64,000 nucleotides of DNA from Tepidisphaera sp. (lineage in GTDB: Bacteria > Planctomycetota > Phycisphaerae > Phycisphaerales > UBA1924), in contig CP051526.1 in the NCBI GenBank assembly GCA_050916045.1, forward strand, positions 416,001-480,000, in the 5' to 3' direction. Below are positions 45,451 to 55,857 of this stretch, one piece after another (the stretch's first letter is position 1; each line of letters starts with the position of its first letter). The notes beneath the pieces are model-generated. The model was not told the DNA's origin. It saw only the letters and a program-made list of their open reading frames with translations, and ran no database searches. A program made the translations under genes and the position numbers.

Positions 45451-46779
45451 ATGCGGATCGCGGTCTTTGGTCTTGGGTATGTCGGAGCGGTGTCGTGCGG
45501 CTGCCTTGCGGAGCTTGGGCACTCGATCATCGGGTGCGATGTCAGCCAGGCCAAGGTCGACCTGATCAAGGCCGGTAAGCCGCCGATCGTGGAGGAGGGC
45601 TTGCCCGAGCTGCTTGAGAAAGCGATCAAAGCGGGCCGGCTGACGGCTCTGATGGATGCGGATGAGGCCGTCAGGACGTCCGACGCCGCGCTCGTCTGCG
45701 TCGGCACGCCGAGCACGCCGAGCGGCGGCGTCAACGCCGTCTACCTCGAGACGGTCTGCAAGCAGATCGGCGAAGCGATCAAGAAGCACGCTCCCAAGCA
45801 CTACGTCGTCATGAGCCGGTCGACGAGCTTGCCCAATGTCCATGAGAGCCTCATCAAGATCCTCGAGCAGTCGAGCGGGCGGAAGATGGGCGAGGGGATC
45901 GGCTACGTCTGCCACCCCGAGTTCCTGCGCGAGGGCGTGAGCGTGTACGACTTCTTCAACCCGCCCAAGATCGTCTTTGGGCCCACGGACGCGAGGACGG
46001 CCGAGGTGTGCAAGACGATGTACCCGACGGAGAACCATCCGGGTCTGAAGTGTCCGACGTTCTTCCTGACGCCTTCGGAAGCGTCGATGGTGAAGTACGC
46101 GGACAACTGCTTCCATGCTCTCAAGTGCACGTTCGGCAACGAGATCGGGATGATCTGCAAGACGCTGGGCGTTGACAGCCACAAGGTGATGGATGTCTTC
46201 TGCGCGGACACCAAGCTGAACATCTCGGCGAAGTACCTCAAGCCTGGGTTCGCGTTCGGCGGATCGTGCTTGCCGAAGGACCTGCGCGGGATCCTGGATG
46301 CGTCGCGCGACACGGCGACGGCGCTGCCGATGCTCGCGGGCACGCTCGCGAGCAACGAGGTGCAGATCAAGTCGCTGATCAAGCGGGTGGTGAGCGAGAA
46401 GCGGCCGAAGGTCGGCATCATCGGGTTGGCATTCAAGGAAGGGACCGACGACGTTCGCGAGAGCCCGATCGTGACGGTCGTCGAGAACCTGTGCGGCAAG
46501 GGCCACCCGGTCAAGATTTACGATGAGCACCTGTCGGTGCAGGCGCTGGTGGGGGCGAACCGCAGCTTCGCGTTCCAGATGGTGCCGCACCTGTCGGAAC
46601 TGATGACGCAGAACCTGGCGGAGGTCGTGGCGTGGGCGGACACGCTGATCGTGACGCACAGGCTCAAGCCGGCGACGTGGGCGGGCGTGACGTTCAAGCC
46701 CGGCCAGCGGGTGATCGACCTGATGAACATCCCCGACCTGCGGAAAGCGGGCTCGGGGTACGAAGGCCTGTACTGGTAA
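45451..46779 (+). CDS. Nucleotide-sugar dehydrogenase (GDP-mannose 6-dehydrogenase/AlgD-like)
   Basis: 'FGLGYVGAV', 'CVGTPS', 'PEFLREG', 'KPGFAFGGSCLPKD', 'GLAFKEGTDDVRESP', C-terminal 'YEGLYW'. Confidence 0.9.
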   Translation: MRIAVFGLGYVGAVSCGCLAELGHSIIGCDVSQAKVDLIKAGKPPIVEEGLPELLEKAIKAGRLTALMDADEAVRTSDAALVCVGTPSTPSGGVNAVYLETVCKQIGEAIKKHAPKHYVVMSRSTSLPNVHESLIKILEQSSGRKMGEGIGYVCHPEFLREGVSVYDFFNPPKIVFGPTDARTAEVCKTMYPTENHPGLKCPTFFLTPSEASMVKYADNCFHALKCTFGNEIGMICKTLGVDSHKVMDVFCADTKLNISAKYLKPGFAFGGSCLPKDLRGILDASRDTATALPMLAGTLASNEVQIKSLIKRVVSEKRPKVGIIGLAFKEGTDDVRESPIVTVVENLCGKGHPVKIYDEHLSVQALVGANRSFAFQMVPHLSELMTQNLAEVVAWADTLIVTHRLKPATWAGVTFKPGQRVIDLMNIPDLRKAGSGYEGLYW

Positions 46780-46809
46780 GCGGGCTGGAACGAAACACAA
46801 AGCGTTGTC

Positions 46810-46841
46810 AGGCCTCGGCTTAGAGCCGAGGCCTTTTGTTT
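46810..46841 (+). terminator. Rho-independent terminator
   Basis: aggcctcggct-tag-agccgaggcct then tttgttt. Confidence 0.8.
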
Positions 46842-46967
46842 GGGCTGTTTTCACTTGTGTTGGGGGGCGAGGTCCTGTAAGCTACGCCGTAACTGTTTCT
46901 GAAATTGTATCGGTACTGTTACCGATGCGGAGAACGGGGCCGATCGGGCGTGGGCAAGGAGAACGGC

Positions 46968-47753
46968 ATGAAGAACGCGAACGTGTTTGCGATGGGCGTG
47001 GCGGTGATGGCGGGCGTGTGCAGCGCGCGGGCGCAGGATGTGATTGTCAACGGCGGGTTTGAAGCCGAGGGCGAAGCCGGGTCGACGGATTCGGGAAGCT
47101 GGATCGAGATCGCCAACGGAGGCGAGGGCACGGTGTCGGAGCGTGTGGGTTCCGGAGCTGCGGTTGGCTCTTTCGCGCACCGGCTGGTCGCGGTCGGGCA
47201 GAACGGGCTGGGCGGGACGGGCGTGATCCTTCAGAACAGCCGGACGAACGGCGGTTTGGCTTCACTCGAGCAGAACACGCAGGTGAGCGCGGTGTTCCAA
47301 GCGAACGTGGACCTTGGCCCCGGGGGCGTCGGGTTCTACACGCTTCGGGTTCTCAACGGTGCGGGCGCGATCGTGGCGAGTTCGGGCACGGGCGTGATCA
47401 CGCGGAGCACCAATGGGCAGTACGAGTTCTTCGCGATGGGCCCGCTGACGGTGCCGGCGTTCGGGGAAGCCCCGAACGACGTGTACTCGGCGTTCGTCGA
47501 GATCGCGATGGCGGCGGGGGCGTTCCCCGAGTCGCGAGCGGAAGGCTTGATCGATGGGGTGGTGGTGACGGGGACTCTGGTGTCGTCGTGCGCGGCGGAC
47601 TTCAACGCGGATGGGTTCCTGGACTTCTTTGACTACGGCGACTTTGTGACGGCGTTTGAGACGGGCGTGGGCGACGCGGACTTCAACAATGACGGGTTCG
47701 TTGATTTCTTCGACTACGCGGACTTTGTCACCGCTTTCGAACTTGGTTGCTGA
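46968..47753 (+). CDS. Secreted beta-sandwich (galactose-binding-like) protein with C-terminal GC-type dockerin-like domain
   Basis: AAGGAG before ATG 46968; signal peptide; 'IVNGGFE'; ends CAADFNADGFLDFFDY..ADFNNDGFVDFFDY..FELGC. Confidence 0.82.
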   Translation: MKNANVFAMGVAVMAGVCSARAQDVIVNGGFEAEGEAGSTDSGSWIEIANGGEGTVSERVGSGAAVGSFAHRLVAVGQNGLGGTGVILQNSRTNGGLASLEQNTQVSAVFQANVDLGPGGVGFYTLRVLNGAGAIVASSGTGVITRSTNGQYEFFAMGPLTVPAFGEAPNDVYSAFVEIAMAAGAFPESRAEGLIDGVVVTGTLVSSCAADFNADGFLDFFDYGDFVTAFETGVGDADFNNDGFVDFFDYADFVTAFELGC

Positions 47754-47788
47754 TCGCGGCATCGCGAGAGCATGACCGAACTTCACGA

Positions 47789-47822
47789 GGGAGCTCCGAT
47801 CTGTGTCGGAGCTCCTTTCTTT
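47789..47822 (+). terminator. Rho-independent terminator
   Basis: ggagctccga-tctgtg-tcggagctcc then tttcttt. Confidence 0.8.
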
Positions 47823-47886
47823 GGCACAGAATTGTGCATGAATGTGTCGCGTGCAGGTTCGGGCCGCACTCGGTACGCTTTCCGCC

Positions 47887-49446
47887 ATGCTGAGCCGCGT
47901 CCAGTCGTATCTGTTGCATGGGATCGATGCTCTGCCGTGCGAGGTGGAGGTTGATTACGACGACACGGAAATCAACAAACCCGGGGCGGTCGTGGGTTTG
48001 CCCGACGCGGCGGTGAAGGAAGCTTTGGACCGCGTGGGCGCGGCGCTCGGGAACAGCGGGTACGGGTGGCCGCAGGGGAAGGTGCTGATCAATCTGGCAC
48101 CGGCGGATGTACGCAAAGAAGGGCCGGTGTATGACCTGCCGATCGCGGTGGGGATCTTGATGGTGCAGGGGGTGATCCCGACGCACGTGCCCAAGCGCGG
48201 GTCGCTTGCGGCGGCGGATCCGCCGGGGCTGGATCATCGCCGGCTTGTGTTCGCGGGGGAGCTGGCTCTGGATGGGCGGGTGCGGCCGATCAAGGGAGCG
48301 ATCGCGCTGGCGGCGATGGCGAGGGCGAGCGGGGCGATGGGGATTGTGGTGCCGAGGGACAACGCGCTGGAAGCGGCGGTGGTCGAAGGGCTGAACGTCT
48401 ACGGCGTGTCGACGCTTGCGGAGGTCGTGGGGGTGCTGACGGGGCATCTGGAAGCCGAGCCGCAGTCGCCGGTGGATGTGGGGTCGCTGCTTCGCAACGC
48501 GGCGGCACCGATTGATTTCGTCGAGATTCGTGGGCAGGAGGGGGTGAAGCGGGCGATCGTTATCGCGGCGGCGGGCTCGCACAACATCGTCATGCTCGGG
48601 CCGGCGGGGACGGGGAAGACGATGATGGCCAAGGCGCTGCCGGGCGTGCTGCCGCCGCTCTTGCCCGACGAAGCGATCGAGATCACGCGGATCTATTCGG
48701 CGGCGGGTGCTTTGCAGCCTGGGTCGGGGCTGATCACGAGCAGGCCGGTGCGGAGCCCGCACCACACGGCGAGCCCGCCGGCGATCGTGGGCGGGGGTGC
48801 GGTGCCGCGGCCGGGGGAGATCTCGCTGGCGCATCGCGGCGTGCTATTCATGGATGAGCTACCGGAGTTTCCGCGTGATGTGCTTGAGACCTTGCGGCAG
48901 CCGATGGAGGACCATTGCGTGACGATCGCGCGGAGCCACGGGTCGGTGCGGTTTCCGGCGAACTTCATGCTGGTGGCGGCGATGAACCCGACGCCGAAGG
49001 GGCACTTGGAAGCGGGGGAGGTGGGCAAGCGTGCGATGGACCGGTACCTGTCGCGGCTTTCGGGCCCGCTTCTGGACCGGATCGATCTGCATGTGGAAGC
49101 TCCGGCGGTGCCGTTCAAGGAGCTCTCGTCGGCGCCGAAGGGAAGCTCGACGGCGATGATGCGGGAGCAAGTGATGAGGGCGAGGGCGGTGCAAGCGGCG
49201 CGGCAGGGAGCGGCGACGCCGAACGCGCGGCTGAGCGGCAAGCAGCTTGACGAGTTTGCTCCGATGGAGGAGCAGGCGCGGGTGATGCTGGGGCAGGCGC
49301 TGACGGAGATGGGTCTTTCGGCGCGGGCGTACGACAAGCTTCGTCGGATCGCGCGGACGATCGCGGACCTGGAGGGCAAGCAGGTGCTGACTTTTGCGCA
49401 CGTGGCGGAAGCGGTGCAGTATCGGCTGCTGGATCGGAAGGTGTGA
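47887..49446 (+). CDS. comM: YifB/ComM Mg-chelatase-like AAA+ ATPase
   Basis: 'VGLPDAAVKE', 'INLAPADVRKEG..DLPIA', Walker A 'GPAGTGKTM', 'RSPHHTAS', 'PGEISLAHRGVLFMDE', 'LSGPLLDRID', 'ARTIADL'. Confidence 0.93.
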   Translation: MLSRVQSYLLHGIDALPCEVEVDYDDTEINKPGAVVGLPDAAVKEALDRVGAALGNSGYGWPQGKVLINLAPADVRKEGPVYDLPIAVGILMVQGVIPTHVPKRGSLAAADPPGLDHRRLVFAGELALDGRVRPIKGAIALAAMARASGAMGIVVPRDNALEAAVVEGLNVYGVSTLAEVVGVLTGHLEAEPQSPVDVGSLLRNAAAPIDFVEIRGQEGVKRAIVIAAAGSHNIVMLGPAGTGKTMMAKALPGVLPPLLPDEAIEITRIYSAAGALQPGSGLITSRPVRSPHHTASPPAIVGGGAVPRPGEISLAHRGVLFMDELPEFPRDVLETLRQPMEDHCVTIARSHGSVRFPANFMLVAAMNPTPKGHLEAGEVGKRAMDRYLSRLSGPLLDRIDLHVEAPAVPFKELSSAPKGSSTAMMREQVMRARAVQAARQGAATPNARLSGKQLDEFAPMEEQARVMLGQALTEMGLSARAYDKLRRIARTIADLEGKQVLTFAHVAEAVQYRLLDRKV

Positions 49447-49455
49447 CGCGGCCGC

Positions 49456-51060
49456 TCAGCAGCCGGATTCAAATGCTTCAACGAACTCGATGTAGTCAAA
49501 GAAGTCGGCAAAGCCGTCGCTGTTGGCATCCCCGGAGCGGCCGTCGGGGCACTCGCCTCCCTCAAAGCAGTCGACGAAGTTCGAGTAGTCGAAGAAATCG
49601 ATGAAGCCGTCGTTGTTGAAATCCGCGACGCAGCCGGGAGCGATGACCCGAACGCTTCCGACGTACTCGCCGAACGTTGTCGTCACGTTGAAGAAGTACC
49701 ATCCGTCCGGCGAGAGGAGTGAGTATCGGTCGTCATCTCCTCCCGAGTGCGGTGCGGCCGCAAATGAGAATGAACCCTCGAACGGCGGGCTGGTCCACGC
49801 GACATTGCCGCGGACTCCCGACTCGGCGGGGAGCGGCTGGTTGATCGCGGCGATGGTGACCGTTCCACCGACAGGCTTGTAGATGGCGAGCGAGTTGTTG
49901 AAGAGCAGAGCGACGTCGTCCCGATCGTTCATGGACGCGAAGTTGAGGCTTCGGGGGCCGCTGGATCCGCCGCTTGGCTGTCCTGCGCGTGAGCGCGCGA
50001 TCAGTGTGGTTTGACCGTCTCTCCAGAGATAGACAGCCAGGAAGTTATCATCGTTGATGCCCGGCCCCGCGAGGTTGGCGAGATAGAGCACCGCTCCGGT
50101 GCGGTTTGCCGTGAGAAAGCGGACGCTGCTGATGAGCACGCCTGCGTCGGTGCCCGTGGCGCGGTCGCCGACGCGAGCAAGCGTGGTCGCGAGGCCCGCG
50201 GGTCCGGAGGGAGGAATCAGCCAGAGGCCGGGGCTTTGCTCCCAGTTCTCCGAGATCGCGACCGATCCGTCCGGCAGGGCGTGCGACGTGAAGATGAACC
50301 AATTGGCGAAGGGGACCGGCCCGCGGTCGGTCGGCAGAGGCGCCGAGCCGTTGTAGACGATGCGCGAGCCCAGCTCATCGGCGACGCACGCGACGGGGTA
50401 CGACCGTCCGGAAGGCGGACGGAGAACCCCGACGAAGGAGAGTTCGCCGCGCGAGTTGAGGCGCGGCGGCAGATGTCCGGACGTGCTGAACGTGCCGATC
50501 AAGCTCGGGGGAACGTAACTTGCAGGGATGACGACGCGGTACGGCCCCGCGATCGGTCCGACTTCGTACCCGGTCGCTTGCAGACGGACACGCAGGCCGT
50601 TGCGTGTGCATCCAGACACCGTCCCCCAGCCGAGGATGTCCGGTGATTCGAAGTCTCCGGCGAAAAGCACGTTGGACGGCGCACCCAGGTCGCCTCCCGA
50701 GGCGATGGCGGAGAAGTACGAACCGCCGCTTTCGAGCGGCCAGATCTCGTTGCGGAAGGTGCCGCCCCAGATGACACCCTGGGGCTGGCCCGGGATCTGC
50801 GTCCCGGCGACCATGACCCGGCGGAGAGAGATGCCGTCGGACAGGTAGTTTTCGCCGGCTTGCGTTCGGATCAGCGCGTGGAGCGGGTTGAACATGGCAA
50901 GCCTGCTGACGCTCGCGGGAGGCACGAGCGCCGGGTCGACCCCGACCTGGCTGGTGCCCACGAGGGCACGGAACTCAAGCACCGGTTCGGCTCGTGCCGA
51001 GACCGCGAGGGAACCGAGTGCAAGGGCGGCGAGGGGGAAGGCGGCGGGCGGGATCGTCAT
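49456..51060 (-). CDS. Secreted protein with NxxGxxxF-type repeats and C-terminal GC-type dockerin-like domain
   Basis: Signal peptide; 'LNSRGELSF', 'NRTGAVLY', 'NDRDDVAL'; ends FESGC. Confidence 0.8.
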   Translation of the reverse strand: MTIPPAAFPLAALALGSLAVSARAEPVLEFRALVGTSQVGVDPALVPPASVSRLAMFNPLHALIRTQAGENYLSDGISLRRVMVAGTQIPGQPQGVIWGGTFRNEIWPLESGGSYFSAIASGGDLGAPSNVLFAGDFESPDILGWGTVSGCTRNGLRVRLQATGYEVGPIAGPYRVVIPASYVPPSLIGTFSTSGHLPPRLNSRGELSFVGVLRPPSGRSYPVACVADELGSRIVYNGSAPLPTDRGPVPFANWFIFTSHALPDGSVAISENWEQSPGLWLIPPSGPAGLATTLARVGDRATGTDAGVLISSVRFLTANRTGAVLYLANLAGPGINDDNFLAVYLWRDGQTTLIARSRAGQPSGGSSGPRSLNFASMNDRDDVALLFNNSLAIYKPVGGTVTIAAINQPLPAESGVRGNVAWTSPPFEGSFSFAAAPHSGGDDDRYSLLSPDGWYFFNVTTTFGEYVGSVRVIAPGCVADFNNDGFIDFFDYSNFVDCFEGGECPDGRSGDANSDGFADFFDYIEFVEAFESGC

Positions 51061-51090
51061 GATGGGTCCTCAGCGAGATCGGAGGAAGTT

Positions 51091-52713
51091 TCAGCACCCT
51101 CTCTCGAAGGCGTCGACGAACTCCATGTAATCGAAGAAATCGGCGATGCCGTCGTCGTTGAAGTCGGCGGGCTTGCCGTCGGGGCAGCGGCCGCCCTCGA
51201 AGCAGGTCACGAAGTCGAGGTAGTCGAAGAAGTCGGTGAAGCCGTCGAGGTTGAAGTCGGAGGGGCACGGTGTCCCGACGACTTCAAACGCGGCGAAGAA
51301 GTTTCCGCTTTCGGAAGGGGGGTTCGCTGAAGTGAATCCCGCGATGAAAAGCCGCCCATCGTCGGTCAGGCTTGGCACGGAGATGTCGTCGCCTCCCGAA
51401 TTGTGCACTCGACCGATCGTGGACCCGTAGAACGGGTAGATCGAGACGATGTTTCCAGCCAGGCCCGAGGAGGGTGCGATCGGCTGGCCGCGACGGGCGA
51501 CACGAATCGTGCCCACGCCGGGCTTGTAGATGAATGCTTGCATCTCGCCGATGAAAGCGGCTTCGTCGCGTGAATTGAGTGATCGAGAAGGCGCGGTGCC
51601 GGGAGAGAGGCTTGATTCCGCTGTCTGACGTGCGACAAGGGTGAGGCTGCCGCGTCGCCAGAGATAGAGGGCGACGCTCGGCCCCTCCGGCGTGGAGAGA
51701 GCCGCTTGAAAGAGAAGCGAGCCGTTCCGGTTGGCGGCATACACCTCGAAGGGGTTTGACGTCACCGCGAAAGTCACGCCCGGTTCGGTTCCCGGCGCCC
51801 GGTCGCCGGCCATCGCGACGATCGACGCGGGGCCGGACGGTCGCGCTTGCCAGAGGAGCACGCGGGACTGGTTGCCGACCTGCGTCGAACCGCGGATGAA
51901 CACGGAACCGTCGGATATCGGCTGGGAAACCGCCGCGACCAGCGAACGAAGAGCGATGACGCCGCGGTCTGACTGGAGCGAGGTCGAACCTTCGGCTCGG
52001 AGTTCGACGGTCGTTGTGTCGGCGATGACGACGTAGTTCCGGCTGTTGCCGAACGCGGTGAAGGACAGGCTTGCGCGACCGGCGTTGTTGAGGTAGTTCG
52101 CGATGGGATCGAAGGACCGCGAACCGGAGGCGCCGGGCGGCTGGTAGCTCGCGGGAAGCACAACTTGAAGCGGTCCGCCGATGGGTCCGACCAACGCTTC
52201 GGGTCGCGCGAGCTGGAGCACGAGTCCGGTGCGCGTGCAGCCGGCCGGCTGATTCTGAATCTGGGTATTCATCGTCAAGGGACCGTCGGGCACCCCGATG
52301 AATGAGACATACTGAGGAACATCTCCGATGCCGGGGCCCGCGGCTTGGGCGGAGAATGAAGCTCCGACTCCATCGATTGGATAGATCGCGGCGCGGAACT
52401 CTCCGGACCACACCACACCGGCAGGTTGACCGGGAATCTGGGTGTTGGCGAACATCACCTCGCGGATCGACTCGCCGTCGGCGAGAAAGTTGCGATCCGA
52501 TGGGTTCGAGCTGACGAGGACTCGATGATCGTCGAATCGCCCGGCCGTGCTCAGCGTGCCCACCGGGAGTCGGGTCGCCGAGGGGCCCACTCTTGAATCG
52601 TGAGCCAAGACTCTTACAAGGATTTCTGGCTGTCGAGCGGCTGAGGTGCCGGTGACGAGCAACGTTGCAACCAATGACGAACGAGCGACCGACGGCAAGT
52701 TCCTGAGAAGCAT
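51091..52713 (-). CDS. Tandem paralog: secreted NxxGxxxF-type repeat protein with GC-type dockerin-like domain
   Basis: Start reassigned to ATG 52713; shares 'TQIPGQP.GV.W.G.FR..I.P', 'GCTR.GL', 'VGPI.GP' and 'SGGDD' with 49456..51060; ends FERGC. Confidence 0.8.
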   Translation of the reverse strand: MLLRNLPSVARSSLVATLLVTGTSAARQPEILVRVLAHDSRVGPSATRLPVGTLSTAGRFDDHRVLVSSNPSDRNFLADGESIREVMFANTQIPGQPAGVVWSGEFRAAIYPIDGVGASFSAQAAGPGIGDVPQYVSFIGVPDGPLTMNTQIQNQPAGCTRTGLVLQLARPEALVGPIGGPLQVVLPASYQPPGASGSRSFDPIANYLNNAGRASLSFTAFGNSRNYVVIADTTTVELRAEGSTSLQSDRGVIALRSLVAAVSQPISDGSVFIRGSTQVGNQSRVLLWQARPSGPASIVAMAGDRAPGTEPGVTFAVTSNPFEVYAANRNGSLLFQAALSTPEGPSVALYLWRRGSLTLVARQTAESSLSPGTAPSRSLNSRDEAAFIGEMQAFIYKPGVGTIRVARRGQPIAPSSGLAGNIVSIYPFYGSTIGRVHNSGGDDISVPSLTDDGRLFIAGFTSANPPSESGNFFAAFEVVGTPCPSDFNLDGFTDFFDYLDFVTCFEGGRCPDGKPADFNDDGIADFFDYMEFVDAFERGC

Positions 52714-52870
52714 CGAAAAACCCCACGACCGATGTTGATGCCGTACGCCGACGCAGACGCTGCGACCTGTCTCTCTTCGCTCGCAAGGCGGGCGGAGTTC
52801 CATGCTAGAGGTCGTCGAGGCGGCTTTGGTCGGGGGGTTGGGCGGCCGAATCGAACCGGTGCGGCAAGGT

Positions 52871-54358
52871 TTAGCGCTTGCGTCCCTTGAGCTTCCCGAA
52901 CATGCGGTTGGGCGGGAGGGCCGTGGGGACGATGCCGCCGGGGAACTTGGTGGCGTCGGGGGCTTTGGGGACTTCGAGGTTGATGGAAGCTTCGAGGCGG
53001 GTCTGTCGCGGGCCCGCCGGTGCGGGGGGCTTGATGCCGCTGGGGTTGGCGAGGGTGAGGCCGCCGCTGGCGTGGCGGTCGTCGGGGTCGCGGTAGCCGT
53101 CGGGGCGCGGGCTTGGCTTGAAGTCGGGGTATTCGATCTTGGGGATCATGATGTTGATCAGATCCTCGACCTGGCTGAGGAGTTTGCCCTGTCCGGGGGT
53201 GACGAAAGCCCAAGCGACGCCCTTGCGGCCGGCTCGCGCGGTGCGGCCGATGCGGTGGACGTAGACCTCGGGGTCTTCGGGAAGGTCGTAGTTGATGACG
53301 TGCGAGATGTCGTCAACGTCGATGCCACGGGCGGCGAGGTCGGAAGCCACGAGCACCGCAAGCTTGCCGGAGCGCAGGTGCTCCATGACGCGGTTGCGTT
53401 TGCCCTGGGGCATGTCGCCGTGGATGGCGTGGACGTCGATCTTGGCCTGTTCGAGCTTGCGAGCGAGCTTGTCGACGGTGCGTTTGAGCTTGCAGAAGAC
53501 GACGGTGAGAGCGGGCTCTTCGTGGGTGAGGAGGTGGACGAGGAGGCGCTCCTTGTCCCAGCCGTCGACGGTGATGTAGTGCTGCTCGACCATCGAGACG
53601 GTGAGGCTTCCCGCGGCGGTCTCGATCTTCTGCGGGTCCTTCATGTACTTGCGGGCGAGGCGTTCGATCTCGCCGGAGATGGTGGCGCTGACGACGATGG
53701 TCTGACGCGTGGGCGGCGTCATGTCGAGGATCTTCTTGATGTCGTCGCGGAACCCGATGTCGAGCATGCGGTCGACTTCGTCGAGGACGACGAACCGCGT
53801 GTTGTCGAAGTTGACGAGGCCGCGCTCCTTCATGTCCATGAGGCGGCCGGGGGTGGCGACGATGATCTGGGCCGAGCCCTGGAGCTTCTTGGCCTGGGCG
53901 TGGATCGCCTGGCCGCCGAAGACGGTGACGGCGCGGATGGGGGTGAACTGGGCGATCTCGTTGATCTCGGCGGTGATCTGAATCGCGAGCTCTCGCGTCG
54001 GGGAGAGGACGACCGCTTGGAACTGGCCTTCCTTGGAGCACATGTGAATGAGCGGGAGGGCGAAGGACGCGGTCTTTCCCGAGCCGGTCTTGGCCTGGCC
54101 GAGGACGTCGCGGCCGGTCAGGATCGGCGGGATGAGCTGGGCCTGGATGTGCGTGGGCTTGGTAAAGCCCATGGCTTCGATGCCCTTGAGCACGCTGGCA
54201 CGCAGGCCGAGCTCGGCGAAGGTGTTGTCGTTGGCGAAGATGTCCGAAGCTTTGAGCTCGGTGGGGCGGCTGGGGGGCGTCGAATCGGCGGAAACCGTTG
54301 AGGATTCAGCCCCGCGTTGCCCGTCGGGACCCGTCACGTTGATGTCGTTCATATTCAA
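52871..54358 (-). CDS. DEAD-box RNA helicase
   Basis: Q motif, 'AKTGSGKT', 'PTRELA', 'TPGR', 'LDEVD', 'SAT', 'ARGID', 'YVHRIGRTARAG'; start is TTG 54358 or ATG 54352. Confidence 0.95.
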   Translation of the reverse strand: MNMNDINVTGPDGQRGAESSTVSADSTPPSRPTELKASDIFANDNTFAELGLRASVLKGIEAMGFTKPTHIQAQLIPPILTGRDVLGQAKTGSGKTASFALPLIHMCSKEGQFQAVVLSPTRELAIQITAEINEIAQFTPIRAVTVFGGQAIHAQAKKLQGSAQIIVATPGRLMDMKERGLVNFDNTRFVVLDEVDRMLDIGFRDDIKKILDMTPPTRQTIVVSATISGEIERLARKYMKDPQKIETAAGSLTVSMVEQHYITVDGWDKERLLVHLLTHEEPALTVVFCKLKRTVDKLARKLEQAKIDVHAIHGDMPQGKRNRVMEHLRSGKLAVLVASDLAARGIDVDDISHVINYDLPEDPEVYVHRIGRTARAGRKGVAWAFVTPGQGKLLSQVEDLINIMIPKIEYPDFKPSPRPDGYRDPDDRHASGGLTLANPSGIKPPAPAGPRQTRLEASINLEVPKAPDATKFPGGIVPTALPPNRMFGKLKGRKR

Positions 54359-54445
54359 GCACCATGGTAGGTCGACGCACGGGCCACGACGCGGGAGCCG
54401 GTCGCGGCCCCCCGGCGGCCGGAACCGAGCGCCCGAGCTTGGAAA

Positions 54446-55801
54446 TCAGGCCCGGACGAGGCGGGAGCCCATGGCTCGGGCGAACCCGGCCATGGCGTTG
54501 CGCGTGTCGATCACCAGTTTGGCATGCTCGGCGAGCGCGGCGTAGTCGAACGCGGAGTGATTGGTCGAGATGAGGACGGCGTCGTACGAAGCGATCGACT
54601 CCGGCGTCAGGGGCACGCTCGATTTATTGAGGTCGTACTTCCGCATCTTCCAGGTGCGGGGGACGAACGGGTCGGAATAGTCCGCCAGCACCCCACGGTC
54701 CATGAGGCCCTCGATGAGCTCGAAGCTCGGGCTTTCGCGGACGTCGGCGATGTCGGGCTTGTACGCGAGGCCGAGGACGAGGACGCGGGCGCCCCTGGCG
54801 GCGACGCCGCGGTCGTTGAGGGCGCGGACGGTGCGCTCGACGACGGTGTGGGGCATCGCGGTGTTGATCTCGCCGGCGAGCTCGATGAAGCGGGCGGGGA
54901 CCTTGGCTTCGCGGGCTTTCCACGCGAGGTAATAGGGATCGATGGGGATGCAGTGGCCGCCCAGCCCGGGGCCGGGGTAGAAGGGCATGAACCCGAATGG
55001 CTTGGTGGCGGCGGCTTGGATCACCTCCCAGACGTTGATGTTCATGGCCTCGAGGATGGTCTTCATCTCGTTGGCGAGGGCGATGTTGACGGCGCGGAAG
55101 ATGTTCTCGAAGACCTTGGCGGCTTCGGCGACCTCGGCGGAGGATACAGGAATCACCCGTTCGATCGTGCCCTCATAAAGAGCGACCGCCGCGTCGCGGG
55201 AAGCGTCGTCGATGCCGCCGACGAGCTTGGGGATGGTCCGTGTGGTGTGCGTCGTGGAGCCGGGGTTCTCGCGTTCGGGGCTGAACGCGATGAGCAGGTC
55301 CTGTCCGGGCGTCCGCGGCGTCTGCGAAGACCGCAGGATCGCCGGGAGCATGTCGTCGCGGGTGGTCCCGGGATAACTGGTGGACTCAAGCACGACGAGC
55401 ACGGGTCCGGACGCGGGCGAGCGGCCGTGCTTGCCGATCATTTCGGCGGTGGACAGGACATAGGAGAGGTCGGGTTCGCCGTGGGAGCCCAGGGGGGTGG
55501 GGACGCAGACGACGATGGCGTCGGCTTGGATAAGGGCGGCGGGATCGGTGGTGGCTTGGAAGCGCGGGCTTTGGGCGAAGGAAGCCGCGAGGTCCGGCCC
55601 GAGGTGGGGGAGGTAGTGGGTGCCCCGGCGGAGCTGCTCCGGCTTGGCCGGGTCGGTGTCAAAGCCCAGGACCCTGTGCCCTGCGGCGTGGAACGCGGCG
55701 AGAAGCGGCAGACCGACGTACCCAAGGCCGACCACGGCGATGAGAGCCTCTTTGGATCGGAGGCGGCGGGCAAGGTCGCTGGCGGGCGCGGGCGTGGGCA
55801 T
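54446..55801 (-). CDS. Nucleotide-sugar dehydrogenase (UDP-GlcNAc 6-dehydrogenase WbpA/WecC-like)
   Basis: 'VGLGYVGLPL', 'CVPTPL', 'ESTSYPGTT', 'FSPERENPG', 'PGPGLGGHCIPIDP', 'GLAYKPDIADVRESP'. Confidence 0.92.
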   Translation of the reverse strand: MPTPAPASDLARRLRSKEALIAVVGLGYVGLPLLAAFHAAGHRVLGFDTDPAKPEQLRRGTHYLPHLGPDLAASFAQSPRFQATTDPAALIQADAIVVCVPTPLGSHGEPDLSYVLSTAEMIGKHGRSPASGPVLVVLESTSYPGTTRDDMLPAILRSSQTPRTPGQDLLIAFSPERENPGSTTHTTRTIPKLVGGIDDASRDAAVALYEGTIERVIPVSSAEVAEAAKVFENIFRAVNIALANEMKTILEAMNINVWEVIQAAATKPFGFMPFYPGPGLGGHCIPIDPYYLAWKAREAKVPARFIELAGEINTAMPHTVVERTVRALNDRGVAARGARVLVLGLAYKPDIADVRESPSFELIEGLMDRGVLADYSDPFVPRTWKMRKYDLNKSSVPLTPESIASYDAVLISTNHSAFDYAALAEHAKLVIDTRNAMAGFARAMGSRLVRA

Positions 55802-55857
55802 GCTGAGAGGATATCGGCATGCGGTGGGTGGGCCAAAGGGGGTACACTGGTCCGAAC

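Noticed and set aside
47822..47837. Sigma54-like TGGCAC..TGC upstream of comM
   Set aside because: The spacing is GG-N11-GC, not N10. It is better explained as the GCACA-N4-TGTGC palindrome, and comM has its own -10-like box.
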